Part shown: one piece after another, positions 24,711-38,930 of the stretch
Layout: each line of letters begins with the position of its first letter
Position numbering within the stretch: position 1 is the first letter of the stretch
Assembly (NCBI GenBank): GCA_051294375.1
Contig: JBJCIZ010000239.1
Location: 1,018,831-1,082,830 of the forward strand
DNA length: 64,000 nucleotides
Origin: Paraspadella gotoi
Taxonomy: Eukaryota > Animalia > Chaetognatha
Reading direction: 5' to 3'
Position numbers and translations under genes: made by a program
Notes under the pieces: model-generated
What the model saw: only the letters and a program-made list of their open reading frames with translations
What the model was told of the DNA's origin: nothing
The model's database searches: none

Positions 24711-25069
24711 GAATGTCTCGAGATGACGTTTGGCGCCAACGCGAACTTCTAAACGCCGTCGAGACGCGAGCGGTTGTTCGCGATAAACGTCAAGACGCGC
24801 GTCGGCCGTGTTGACGTTGGCGCTAGAATGGCGGGTGATGAATGAAAAAAAAACGCCTGGTGAGCTGTTTGGCGAGCCTGCTGATTCTCGGGAGATTCCC
24901 GAGAAACGTGGGTTTTCCCCCAGAGTTGCGTCGATGTCCAACACTAACCTTCTGTTTTCTGTGAAGTAACTGATTTAAAAAGAGGCTACGGTATAGAGCG
25001 GAGAAATCAGGTTTTAAGGAAATAACAATTAACATAATAAAGATGTAAATATAAATGAATAATAATATA

Positions 25070-25102
<33 letters not shown>

Positions 25103-25781
25103 AATAATAATAATAGAATATATAAATAATATAAATATAACTGGCGCAGTGATGAATAGCTTGTTAAAGGGCAGCTGTGTTTGTTGTTTTTTTTTGGCCT
25201 GGTGTGGCAAATAATTGTTCTTTAAACACTTTATTTTCTACTTTTTTTTACATATTTACTACATTAATGGCTAAATTAATGGCATGCAATGATAATTGCG
25301 CAATCATTCTTGAATGTACGAGTTTTTCATGCTTGGAATTTTTTTTCGGCTTCAAACATTAATTACATGTCCTTCCGTTAAGGCATTCGCTACGTCTTTC
25401 ATTTATCTCAAAAGTATAACCTGGCCTCTGCGTCTCTCGTCTCTCTGCTCGTGCTCTGCTCTGTTTCTCTCCTGCTCTGTCTTCTCTTCTCTGCCTCTGC
25501 AGTCTCTCTCATCTTCTCGGTGCGTCTGCTCTCAGTCTCGTCTGCGTCTTTCGTTATCTCATCGTGTCTCGCGTTCTCATCGTCTCTTCGTCTTCTCGTC
25601 TCTCTCACTCCCCCTAAGGCTCCATAACGCGCAAAGTGACGGAAAGATAAAACCTTTAATGTTTGATTGGCGCTCGTTTAATACCGACGTCGTCGTCGTC
25701 GTCGTCGTCGTCTTTCTTACCGCTGTAGCTGTCGTTCCGGTTGTTGTAGTTGTTGTTGTTGTTGTCGCGGTCACGACTGTT

Positions 25782-25813
<32 letters not shown>

Positions 25814-26241
25814 CAACGTCGCACTATTTCCTTCTCGGTTGTGACATTTCTGACAAACATCGTCACATTGAGACAGAATGAGTGAGTCCATTTCACCGCG
25901 CCGTTCGTGTCACTTCAAGACGCCACCTTCTCACAAATGTGTTGCGGTTTTCTTGTTTTGTACCGAGTTTAGATCACGGATACAGTTTAACGTTTCGAAG
26001 TTAGTTTCGTTGGTCCTGTGTTTGAACCACGTCTCTTTTCTCTTTTCAAATCTTGTGGGATTCATGATATTAGTTCAACATATAGTTAACTTGAGTAGTA
26101 ACCTAAGGTTTGTATTTTCTACAAGAGCAATGTATTATGTGNNNNNNNNNNNNNNNNNNNNNNNNNNNNNNNNNNNNNNNNNNNNNNNNNNNNNNNNNNN
26201 NNNNNNNNNNNNNNNNNNNNNNNNNNNNNNNNNNNNNNNNN

Positions 26242-27546
26242 GACAAAGAAGAAGAGAAAAGAATCCCCCCCACAAAACAAAAGAACCGATTTCATCAAAG
26301 AAGAAACGGTTGTCTTGTTGTTGTTTCGTCGCCGCACCGGCCTCCTTAAGAATCCAGGGAAAAGATTGTAAAGCATTAAAGGGAGCGATCAAAACGCAAA
26401 ATAAAGCAAGAAAGCGCAAATAAAGCTATTTCTCCCCCCCCCCCCTCCGCCCTGCGACTCTTCCGCATTAACTGCTCCGTCCTTCGGCCTTGGGGTCGCA
26501 TCTTCGGTTCCCTTGATGTCTTCACTGAGAAAGGTTAGGAAGAGGAGTGAGAGGAGGAGGGGAGAAAGAGCGAGAGGGAGAGGGAGGACAAAACACCGAC
26601 AACGAGGATTCTAATGATGACAAATAAGAACGTGACGCTTATACGGCTAGCTGACACCTGCGACGATTTTATGACAAAATCAGATATGAGAAAATTAGCA
26701 AGACGTTCTTTAGTTCAATGACAAAAGGAACAACACTACAACAAAACTCAGATATAAAACAAACACAACGACCAAAAAAAATAAGATGACAATAAAGACA
26801 ACATAAACCACAAAAGACAAAACTAGACAAAAAAACAAAACAAATAATATGACGAAAACAAGATAACAAACGACAACAAAATAAGAATGACATAAACAAG
26901 ACAACAAAAACAAAACAATAACAGGACCGACGAAAACAAGATAACAACGCCAACAAATAGATGACAAAACATAATCAACAATCACAACAACAAAAGAAAC
27001 AACAACCGACAAAAGATAGCGGAAATCGGACACGTGATCCTTTACGCGAATCTATTCGTTGTGAAGAAAACTTAAATTAGACTGAGAAGAATATTACACT
27101 TCATTAATTGCAAAATTCTTTGCTCATGGGTATAATAAATAATTAATAATAATAACAATATAATATATAACTGTGTAATGATAATGGTATCATCTTCGCT
27201 TCATTGTACGAAGTCACTTGCCCCTTTTCTTCTTTTCTCTTTTCATTTCTGTTTTTTTTTTTTTTTTTTCTATTTGGATTTCTGTCTGTCTGTTGTTTCA
27301 TTGTGTCTGTCTGCCTTTAATGACTGAGCTATAAAATTTATATATAAATTTATATTTATCTTTTAACTAAATATTCTTCTCTTTTCTCTTCTCTATCACT
27401 CATATCCGCTTCCGCCAAGAGCGAAATTCAGAAGCTGAAAACAAAAACTTTATGCAAAGACTCGACCCCGAAAAATTTCGCCGCGGAAGGAATAAAAATA
27501 CTCTCTCTCTCTCCTCTCTCTCTTCTCTCTCTCTCTCTTTCTCTCT

Positions 27547-27587
<41 letters not shown>

Positions 27588-29812
27588 CTCTCTCTCTTCT
27601 GACAAAAAATCATTCCTGGTGGAATTGAAGTGGAAGCGTAAAATATCTGGGGGTTTACGAAGTCGTTCGTCGGCGTCGTCTCGTCGTCGTCGCTCGTCGT
27701 CCTCGGTCTGGCTCTGTTCCTCCAAGGGATCTTTGATTCACGTGACCTTTTGACTTCTGCCGGAAATTTTTTTTTTTTTAACGAAGTGGCCGACGACCGA
27801 CAAAGAACATAAATTCACAATGTTGTCCTGCATTTCTTTTTAAATTATAAAAATTAACAGAAGAAGAAAATAACTGACTATTATTAATTAAACAAATTTT
27901 AAATCGTTTCCAAAGTACAGTTGGCAACTTGAATGCCCTTGACATTAAAATACGAACGATACAATAAATACAATAAAATTACAAATACTGATACATGACG
28001 TGAGTCGAACAAGAGCGACTACAACGACGACCAAACGACGACGAACAAACGACGACCACAACAACAACTTACAAAAAAAAACGTTCGTTTCCTCCCAAAA
28101 CATTTATGTCTCGAATTTTTCCCCCAGACGTCGTCGTCGTCGTTGTCTTCATCATCATCGTCGTGTTTCATCGTCTCGTACTTCATTGTCGTTTTCATCT
28201 CCGCTTCATCGTCGTCTACATCGTCGTCAATCGTCAATCGTCAGTCTCTTCAGCGTCGTCCTTCGTCGTCGTCGTCAGACGAACGAAACCCCGACTGTCA
28301 TGCATATTCAATCATTCCCTTTGTCGCGTCACTGTGTTTCCACGTTCTTTGTCTTGTCGTTGTTGTAGTCGTCGTCGTCTCTCGTCGTCGTCGTCGTCTT
28401 CGCGTCGGCGTCGTCATCGTTGTCGCCGTCTTCGTCACTATGGCGACGTGAAGACCGTAATGAATCACGAAAACGATCTCTCGCGGAATTTTTTGGACGT
28501 TTTGAAAGTTTTTTTTTTTTTTACTCTTGGGTCTTTGAGGGAGAGAATAGAGGGTAAGAAGAAGCAAGAAATAGGATAGGGGATAGGAAGGGATAGGGAT
28601 AGGATAGGAGAGAAGGGGAGAGGCTGGCGGAGAAAAGAGAATCAGGGAGCAAGGGATGGAGAGGTAGTAATAGGAGCAAGACGGGAAGTTTGGGGGGAGA
28701 GAGGAAGCTCAAAGATGAGCGAATTGTGAGAAAAGTTGGTAACTGAGATCAGCTCTCCCCCCTCTCGCTCTCTCTATCACCTCCCTTCTCTCTCTCTCTG
28801 CACGCCAGAGAGGAAATTCCTTAAATTTTTTCTCTGCTGTGTTGGGTGTGGGTCGGGGGGCGTGGGAGAGTTTTGCGTGGGATGGTGTGGTCTACGAGAG
28901 TGAAGAAAGGATGAGGAAAAAGTGGCGTCCGGGGCGCGATGAGGAGGGTGTGAGAGTGTGGATAGATTGTTGGTAGTATATGATGCATGACGACGACAAA
29001 AACGACGACGACGATTCTGATGGGGCGTACGAGCGGTGGACGACCGGATTTGACGGACGACGAAAACGATGACGACGGAAATACTTTCATTAACAAGTTA
29101 CGACAATTAATCATTGTAGTATGGAGAGGAGGTAGAGTCTAGGATTCCGGGTAGTGTGGTATACTGTTGTTATGCCATTACATGCTGGTAGCACACATCT
29201 TTGCATGAGAAAGGATCGATCACCATCAACATAATAACAACAACATCAACCAAACCAATATGCAACCTGCAACAAGAGAAACAACAATAACTTGCAAAAC
29301 CGCAACGAGCGACTACAACAACAGACAATTGGCCAATGTCTCTTGAGATTCAGGGGGGTTTCGCGAACGAATCCATCAAAAATCCGCTAAACGTCGACGA
29401 TTGACAACGACGACCGACGGACAACGACGACTAAGTACAAACATAACATGACAAAGTACGACGATGACGACGATGACGACGACGACAACCAACGACAACG
29501 ACGACAACGAAAAACAGCGACAAAGTGGAGAATGATGACGTCACGCCCTTCGGCGGTTTTGATTTAGTGCAGGAAAACGAATTGCGAAGGGAAGTCATAA
29601 AAGGATTTAAAGCCTCACCACTGGAGAGAGAGAGGGAGAGAGAGAGAGAGAGAGAGAAGAGAGCAGAGAGAGAGAGAGAGAGAGAGATTAATCAGGATGT
29701 ACAGGGCAAAAGGGTGAGGTAAGTTTTTTTTCGTTGTCTTTTCTTGCTCAAAATTCCTTCTCGAGCAAACAAGAAGGCGAATCCTTACATCTCTTAAAGT
29801 GTAAAATAATAC

Positions 29813-29845
<33 letters not shown>

Positions 29846-31464
29846 TTAATAATAATAATAATAATAATAAGAATAATAATATAATAATAATAATAAAATA
29901 GTAATAATAATAATCGTTTAATATCGGAAGGAAAAAGGCGAAAAAAAAAGTATAATAAAATCGGACAATTTGAAAAAATATTATGTCCGATTAATAATCC
30001 GGAGACAATTTTTTCAAACGGTAGAAAATTTATTGAAAATTTTCTTTCTAAAGCCTTTTTTATTAATATTAATGAAACACATCTAATATTCCCTCCCCTA
30101 AGTGTTTTTTCTCCTCTCAGTATTAATTCGACTGTCGTATCGAAATTCCACTACTTTCCCCCCGCCCACAACCCCAACGAAAAAGAAAAACCATTAGAAT
30201 CCAACGACATTCGCGGGATTTAAACGCATATTCAACAACATCCGGGCCGGGGCGTTCCCGGCTCCAAAATAGAGGACAGATCAGGTTTTTTTTGTGAGAA
30301 AACTGGTTACATACGGAAGTTTTTCGGTTCTAATTCAATTGACATCCGGTTCATTCGTCGCAGCAATAGATTGCAGAAACTCGGATATAACCATGTGTTG
30401 TTGAAACTTTGCTGCAAAAACGGGTTACTTACTGCTGTTTGAGTCTTATCTAATAATCAGGAATTGTTACAGCAGGGAGAATCATATTTTGAAACAGTAG
30501 TTTCTCCAAGGCAACCAATACAATTTCGGGCATCCCCAGTCAAAATTCCTTGCCATGACATCCGGGGAATTTTAATCAAAATCCCCATGACATCCGGTTC
30601 TTTCCGTCAAAATCCTTTTTCACATCCGGATCCATTTTTTTTTCCACCCGGAGAGAAAGAGGAAAAAGATCGAGAGAGGAAAAAAAAAGTTATTGTCGTG
30701 GGTTTTTAAAGCAATTAAAATAGGAGAATCATAAAAGGAAATAAAAAAAACCGCTCCGAGTGACGCCCTCTGACGCAATCTGACGCCATCTGACGCCCTC
30801 TGAAGCGGCCCATCTGACGGCCCGTTTATCCCTGCCTCCATCTCGGCTACACACGCTCCCCCGCCCCACTGGATTCATCTTTGTCCGAAACCACCTCTTT
30901 CTACTCGGCCTATTTTTCCAAGAACACCCCATTTTATCCGAATTCCGGAATTCGGTTAATTTTTAAGTTTAACATTAGTATTTTAGAGGTTTGGGTTAAT
31001 GATTAGGATTAATGATTAAGGTAGGGGCTTAGTTTGTATTAGGCAGGTTTGGGATTTTGTTAAAGATTAACCTTTAGGTTTTAAAGTTAGGGTTAAAAAT
31101 TTAAGATAGGGTTAGGGTTCAGGATTAGGTTAGGGTTAAAGATAGGGTTAGGGGATAAGTTCAGGGATGATTTATAAGTTTCAAAAATTTAAGTCAAATA
31201 TAAAGGTGCTAAAAAATAAATTCAGGGAAGAACCAAGATAAAGGGGCCAAAAATCGTGTCAACGGTCACTCTTCATTCATTCTCTTCTCTTTCCACCTTC
31301 TCTCCACGCCTCTCCGGTTCTGACCTCGCCTCATCCGTTACTTACCTGCGAGTGAACGTGGAACTTACCCCTGACCCCGCTTTCTCGCCTCCTATAAACC
31401 CCCGACAAACAGACTCGGAATCATCATAACCGGAAGTTGGGGTCGCTTTATTCTTCACTCTCTT

Positions 31465-31526
<62 letters not shown>

Positions 31527-31613
31527 GCTCCCAAAAGTCATCTAAACCGAGAAGGAGGGATTCGGCTTTACGCTTAAAATCTTTCCGCCCTTCACTCACT
31601 CACTCTCTCTTCT

Positions 31614-31687
<74 letters not shown>

Positions 31688-34600
31688 GCGCACCAAATAC
31701 TTTCGTTTCGACCCCAGCGATCTCAGGCTTAGTGGAACTCGCCTCAATCGTGAGATGGAATCGCAATTTTATTTTTTAATTCGAACGAAGGAATTCGGAA
31801 ATTGGGGAAGGGGGCGAGGGTTGGTAAACCGGATAAGGTCCGTGGGGATGGTAAGGAGTGAAAGGAGTAAAGCAATGGTAGGTTCGTGAAAGAGTGAATC
31901 GTGAGTTGCGCATTTTGGGATGAATATTGGACAATCACCGTGAAAAAAGACGATTTAACGCCGTGAAAACCACAGTGAGACGAAAAATTAAATAAAAAGT
32001 AAAAAGTAACTTTTATTATGGTAAATGTATGATTTTAAAATGAGAGCTTAATAAACTACCAGTAACAAGTGGAATGTTTTACAATGAGGAACACCAAAAA
32101 TGCTAAATTCCTTACTTTCCGTCCTGGCAACAACAACAACCAACTTTGACGGGAAAGATGAGCCAGCAGAGAAAATGACATCTGATCAAAAAAAAATGAT
32201 CGCATAAAGTGAAAAAAAAAAGTCTGAGACGGTGAAAATATTATCATGGTTTTATTCTTAGTTTGAAAAATCGATTTTCGATTTTCCGTTTATTTTCTTT
32301 CTTTATTTTCTTCATCATTTTTATTTTTCTTATTCTTTTTTTTCTTAATTCGTTATTTCGAGGATTGGAATGATAATTCCATTTGCATTATCCGGGAGAA
32401 GTGGATGTGGCGCGCGTCCTCGGACGACGGTGCGAACACAGAGAGAGAGAGAGAAGAGAGAAGAGAAGAGAGAAGGAGAGAGAGACTGGAGAGAGAGATG
32501 GAGATGAAGAGAGAGAGACAGATTTCGGGGTCAAACAAGGGAAAAGGACGGACTTTTTTAAAAGGCGTAAGTGAAGGGGAAAGAAGAAGGAAAAGAAAGA
32601 TAACAAAAAAAAAAAAAGAAAGGAAAGATAAAAAATAGATTAAGAGGAAGAGGGAAGAGTCAAAAGAAAAGAAAGAGAGATGAAAAGAGGAAACGATTTT
32701 AGATTTGGGCGACAGAAAAAGATGCTGAACGTTTTTTTTTCTCTTTCACGCAGTGAATTGAATTCACAGCGAATCTCGACTTCGAAAATCGGGGTTACAC
32801 TTTTGTCGCGTTCGTTGGCAAAAAGACCGAACAATGGAATGGAAATGAATGGAATGGAATGGAAAGGACGAGGGAACTTCGATGGAAACATTTTCGTCAT
32901 CTGGAACAAATGGAAACATGGATGCTACATTGTCGGATTTGTTACATAGAATGAAACGATATAAAACTTATTAACTTCATTGCATAAAAAATAATTTCAG
33001 TTGAAATCTCCGAAGGTTGCAATTGCAAGGTAGAGAAATACGGTTACAACTACAATCCGCTTATAAAGTAACTGTTTAACCTTCGATCATGTTGTACCCA
33101 TGACTCGCGACCCATGTCGTTGTCGGGGAGAAAATGAATCTTTTATTTATCGCCACCGGAAAAACGAATTGCACGTAGTGAAAACGATGTTCACAAATAG
33201 TGAAAAAATGAAACGCGGCTAAAGAAATTTAAAAAAAAAAGCCTTCCCAAAAATGGCGCGCGAGTGGAAATTGCGACGTCGCCAAAAAAAAATAATGAAG
33301 ACGAAGCATAAAAAAAAAAACCCGTCTTTCCCTGGGAAATTACTCGGGCCACGCCAGGGTATTAGCTTATAACGCTGCTGCAGGATACCGCGGAGCGGCG
33401 ACAGCCACGCAGCGTGATGGTTGCGGCGCGGCGGCGACGCGGCTGCCGCAGGGTCAGCGTATGGTGGCGGAGGAAAAATGGGATTAAAGTTTCATGTTAA
33501 CGATCCAAGGACGCGAGGCGGTTGTTCAATGGAGACGACATAGGCGGATGGCTGCAGGGGGTAATGTTTGTCGTCGTGCGTTTTTCTTTTCTTGTTTTGT
33601 CGTTGTTTATCCTTCTTTAAATGCGGCTCGGATTTCTGATGTTTTCGTGGTTGAAAGTAAAATTTTGGATTGACAGGGATGACTACCAAGAAGTTAAACA
33701 TGAATGTTGAGTACATAACTAATTGAAAACCTATTAATGAGTTCTTGCCTTGAAATTTGGTGAAGCTAACATAATTTATCTTTTTATTTATCATTAAATA
33801 AACTATCTGACCCCTGACTTTGGACAGGCTATTTAGATTAAATATTAAATTAAAGTAAAATGATCTCGATTTCCACAAGTCCAAATGGAACGATTATATG
33901 AACGAATTATATAACAAAGACGGTGCTAAAGTAAAATGCTACAACGACAAGATCTCGATTTCCACAAGTCCAAATGGAACGAATATATGAACGATATATA
34001 ACAAAGACGGTTGCAAAATAAAATGCTACAACGACTGATCTCGATTTCCACAAGTCCAATGGAACGAAGATATGGAACGAATATCATAACCCAAAGACGG
34101 TGCTAAAAGTAAAATGCCTACAACGACAGATTTCCCGTTTCCGCAAGTCCAAGAATGGAACGAATATATGGAACGAATATATAACAAAGACGTGCTAAAG
34201 GAAAATGTACAACGGAGCATGATTCGATTTCCCACAAAGTCCAAATGAACGAAAGATGATGGAACGAAAAAGTAGTAACAAAAGGACGGGTGCTAAAGTA
34301 AAATGCTTCAACGACAGGATCTCGATTTCCACCAAGTCCAAATGGAACGAAGTAATTGGAACGAATTATATAAACAAAGACGTTGCAAAGTAAAATGCCT
34401 AACCAACGACTGATCTCGATTTTCCAACAAGTTCCAAATTGGAACGAATATGATGGCAAACGAATATATAACAAAAAGGACTGGTGCTAAAGTTAAAATG
34501 CTACAAACGACAATCTCGATTTCCGCAGAAGTCCAAATGGAACGAAATATATGGAACGAATATATACAAAGACGGTGCTAAAGTAAAAATGCTACAACGA

Positions 34601-35589
34601 CTGATCTCGATTTCACAAGTCCCAATGGAACGAATATATGGAAACGAAATAAACAAAGGACGGTGCTAAAGTAAAATGCTACAATGACAGGATCTCGATT
34701 CACAGTCCAAATGGAAAACGAATATATGGAACGAATATATAACAAAGGACGGTGCCAAAAGTAAAATGCTGTACAGACGACTGATCTCATTTCCACAAGT
34801 CCAAGATGGAAACGAATATATGGAACGAATATATAACAAAGGACGGTGCTTAAAGTAAAAATGCTAACAACGGACTGATCTCGATTTCAAGCTCCGAATT
34901 GTCTCGAGATGGGACTTTGCGCCAACCGAAACTTCTAAACGGCCGTCGAGACGCGAGCGGTTTGTTCGCGATAAACGTCAAGACGGCGCTCGCCGGTTGA
35001 CGTTAGGCGCTTAAGATGGCGCGGTCGAGAAGAAAAAAACGCCGGTGATTGTTGGCGCCTGCTTCTCGAAGTCCCGAGACGGTTTTCCCCAGAGTTGCGT
35101 CGATGTCAACACTAAACGCTTTCTAGTTGTCTGTGAAAGACCGTTTTAAAAGAAGGCTACGGTTAGAGCGAGAATCAGGTTTTAAGGAAATAATAATTAA
35201 ATAACAATAATAATACAATTGTAAATAATTAATAATTAATAAATTTAACTAATAATAATAATAATAATAATAATTAATAAATAATATATAATTAATAATA
35301 TAATGAATAATAATACATAATAATATCTGGCCAAGTGATGAATACTTGTGAAAGCAGTGTGTGTTTTTTTTTTTTTTTTTGCCTGGTGTGGCCAAAATAT
35401 CGCTTTAACCTTATTTTCTACTTTTTTATTTAATATTTACTAATTATTGCTCATTATGCATTGCAATGATCATTGCGCAATATGCTGAATGTCGAGTTTT
35501 CATCTTGAATTTTTTTGCTTTCAAACATTAATTTCAATTTCCTCCTTATGGCCATCTCGCACGTCTTTCCATTTATCTCAAGTAACCTG

Positions 35590-35655
<66 letters not shown>

Positions 35656-35656
35656 C

Positions 35657-35688
<32 letters not shown>

Positions 35689-36220
35689 CCCCGTAAGGTC
35701 CATTTTACCGCCGACCAAAGTGACGGAAGATAAAACCTTTAATGTTTGATTGGCGCTCGTTTAATTACCGACTTCGTCGTCGTCGTCGTCGTCGTTATCG
35801 TCTTTCTTACCGCTGTTGCTGTCGTTCTGGTTGTTGTAGTGTTGTTGTTGTCGCCGGTCACGACTGATTGTCGTCGGTCGTCGTTCTTGTCCAGCGTCGC
35901 ATTATTTCCGTTCTCGGCTTTGGAACATTTCTGACAAACATGTCACAATTGAGACAGAATGAAGTGAGTCCATTTCACCGCGCGTTCGTGTCATTCAGAC
36001 GCCACCTGCTCACAAATGTGTTGCGTTCTTGTTTGGTTACGAGTTTAGATTCACGGATACAGTTTTGAACGTTTCGAAGGTTAGTTTCGTTGGTCCTGTG
36101 TTTGAACCACTCTCTTTCTCTTTTCAAATCTTGTGGGATTCATGATATTAGTTCAAACATATAGTTAACTTGAGTAGTAACCTAAGGTTTGTATTTTCTA
36201 CAAGAGCAATGTATTATGTG
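26242..36220 (+). repeat. Copy B of the large direct duplication
   Basis: Starts immediately after the 100-N gap (26142-26241). It repeats 9842-26141 without the 16212-18680 transposon, the two local duplications or the 22320-24268 segment. Confidence 0.95.
33855..34895. repeat. Third copy of the 88-bp array, roughly 11-12 units
   Basis: Same unit and same flanks as 20745-21915. Confidence 0.93.
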
Positions 36221-36678
36221 GGTAGAATCGTCTCGTGATCAGTCCTATTCATCGTCGTCGTCGTCGTCGTCGTTTCCCCTGGAGGCTTCAAGACTGACAA
36301 GTGGACGTCGGAAGTCAGATTTGCTTTTTTATATCGAAAGGAAAGCAACATAGTTTTTATATTGCGGAAGAGAGAGAGTAGATAGAAAGAGACGTCAGAG
36401 AGAAGAGAGAAGAGAGAAGAGAGAGAGAGAGAGAGAAGAGACAGAGAGAGAGAGACAGAGAGAGAGATTGTTTTTTTTCGCGATGGGAATGCCTTGTCAT
36501 GGTCGTCGTCTCGTCCGTCTCGTCATCGTGTTCATCGTCGTTCATCGTCGTCGTCCTTCCAAACGCCTTAAATAAAAATCGCAGCTTCGGTTCTCATTCT
36601 TTTTTTTTTTTTGAGTGCGTTGATCATTTTTGCAGCAATGAGTTCATTAATCCTTTGATTTATTGATTCTTTCATTTG

Positions 36679-36717
<39 letters not shown>

Positions 36718-37511
36718 GAGACGAGAGAGAAGACGATGATGAGAAGAAGAGGGAGAGAGAGAGAGAGACCGCCATCAAATTGTCAAGGGATGGCATCGGA
36801 ATCAGCCACAATGACCGCGAATTTTTGGCGTTCATCGCTTCACATCCGCCCGCGTGGTCTGTCTGAGTTGTGAGGCGGGAAATCAGATTGTGAGGCGTCG
36901 GTGATAGATGTGCAACAGTGCAATGGTGGATGAATGGCAAATTTGCATGGGGCCTGCTGAGTGCAAAACTGCAATAGGAGCTACCAATGAGAAAGTTGGC
37001 GAAGGTAGCGCAATGGCGCAAAAGTACTAAATAGGACCAAGTTGTGGAACGCAAAGAAACAATTGACTTCGCTTGGATTACTTGTGGATAGTTATAACAT
37101 TGCATGTAGATGTAACAACAAGAACTGTCAAAAATATATGAACGTACTTCGAGATAGAATTTACTTTGTTTATTTTATTTGGCCAAAAAAAGAATCAAAA
37201 CGTCAGTGAAAGCATCCACAACCGAGACTGATGAATAAATTATAAAAAAAATACGAGATCATTATTCTGCGACCAATTAATTTCCCTCGGGTACACTTCC
37301 AAGTTAATCATCCCCTACTATCCCACCAGCCATCCGTCAATCCCTCCACCCATTCCGCCGTCCGTCGTCACGTCCGTCCGTCCGTCCTTCGCTTCTCTCT
37401 CTAATCTTTTGTTTAAAAATGGAAAAAAGTGATTAAAACCGATTGCGTCATCGTAGAGACTTCATCATCGCAGAGAGCGTCTCTCTCTCTCTCTCTCTCT
37501 CTGCTTCTCTG

Positions 37512-37542
<31 letters not shown>

Positions 37543-37949
37543 CGCCTCAATTCATTTCCGCGCTTTGTCTTTGGCGCCGGCGACGCTTGCTCGCCCACTG
37601 ACGCCAACTTTTTGCGATCTCCAACCACTCACCCACTTCCCTAAACCACCAACCACTCACCCACCCACTCACTCTCCCACTTACTCACCCACCCACCCAA
37701 GTATAAAACAAATTCCATCGGAACGAACTTTTCGCAAACTTTGATTTGTTGATTGCGAAAATCGCGAGAGCGAGAGGAATTCCTCGCGGTGGCGTCGCGC
37801 GTGAAGGCTTCGGACGTACGGGTCACTCGCTGTCTCTATCTCTCGCTATATGAGTCCTCTCTCTCTACTCTCTCCTTATAGTCCTTTTTGCATAGGGTAC
37901 CTAGGGGTCCATGATAACCTATCTATCTATCTATCTAATCTATCTATGC

Positions 37950-38236
37950 TTAATCTATCTATCTATCCTATCTCTCTCTCTCTCTCTCTCTCTCCTTCTT
38001 TCGTTCATTGTCTCCTATCTCTATCTGTAATTCTTTATTCTTCTGTTTCTGCTGTTGCTTCTCCATTCTTATTTTTATTCTCTTTCTTTTTTCTTTCTTT
38101 CTTTCTTTTTTCTTTGTTTCTTGTTCGTTCTTTTTTTCTTTGTTTCTTTCTTTATTTTCTTTCTTTCTCTTTCTATTCTCGATTTTTTATTTTTTCTTCT
38201 TTCTCTGTATGTCTATTCTGCCAGTATGTCTTTCTG

Positions 38237-38274
<38 letters not shown>

Positions 38275-38275
38275 G

Positions 38276-38313
<38 letters not shown>

Positions 38314-38851
38314 GCTCTCTCCTTCGGGAACATTCCATCGAAAGTTCGTGTGACTCACTCCGTCGAGTCACGCAGCGAAAGAGAGAGGGGCGAGGGGGGG
38401 GGCGAGAGGCGTGGCCGTGGAGTCCTCAACGGAGGAGACAGAGAGGAGGAAGAGGATTTATAAAAAGAAAAGAGAAAAGATGGAGGAGATTGAGACCGAA
38501 AAAAGAGAGAAAGAGAGAGAGAGAGAGATGAGAGGATGAGAGAGAGAGAGAGAGCGAGACGAGAGAGCAGAGAGAGAGAGAGAGAGAGTAAGAGAAACGG
38601 AATGACGAAAAAAGAGAAAGCAAGAAAAAAAAAAAGAAAGAACAAGAAAGAAAGAAAAAAAAAAAGAAAAAAAAGAAAAAGGAAAGAAAGAAAGAAAAGA
38701 AAGAAAGAAAGAAAGAAAGAAGAAAGACAAAGAAAAAAGAAAAGAAAGAAAAAAAGGAAAGAAAAATCAAAAACAAACAATAAAACGGAGAGAAAATATA
38801 GTAAGACAGACAGACAGAGAGCGATAAAGAAGTGAGAGAGAGTGAGAGAGA

Positions 38852-38884
<33 letters not shown>

Positions 38885-38930
38885 GAGATGAGGAGAGACA
38901 GACTGAGAGAAGGAGAGAGATGAGAGAGAG
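37950..38930. repeat. Low-complexity pyrimidine tract followed by a purine tract ((CT)n/(CTTT)n, then (GA)n/(GAAA)n)
   Basis: Composition is directly visible; it generates the Leu/Ser/Phe and Arg/Glu/Lys pseudo-ORFs in the track. Confidence 0.9.

Larger units (their letters stand above)
9842..26141 (+). repeat. Copy A of a large direct duplication (carries extra insertions)
   Basis: Collinear with 26242-36220. Shared anchors: aagaagaaacggttgtc (9898/26298), tggagaatgatgacgtcacg (12761/29526), and caagagcaatgtattatgtg (ending at 26141 and 36220). Confidence 0.95.

Noticed and set aside
20555-25050. LTR retrotransposon (direct repeats flanking 22320-24268)
   Set aside because: No TG...CA termini, TSD, PBS/PPT or gag/pol motifs were seen. 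Kept only as an orphan-segment finding.
28545-28990. G-rich stretches in copy B as novel insertions or G-quadruplex elements
   Set aside because: Where copy A has sequence (12225-12290), copy B replaces it with G/T-biased noise typical of low-quality raw-read segments.
36870-37130. Unique non-repetitive stretch overlapping ORF 36647-37105 (-)
   Set aside because: No recognisable protein motif or splice signals; the ORF length comes partly from (CT)n.
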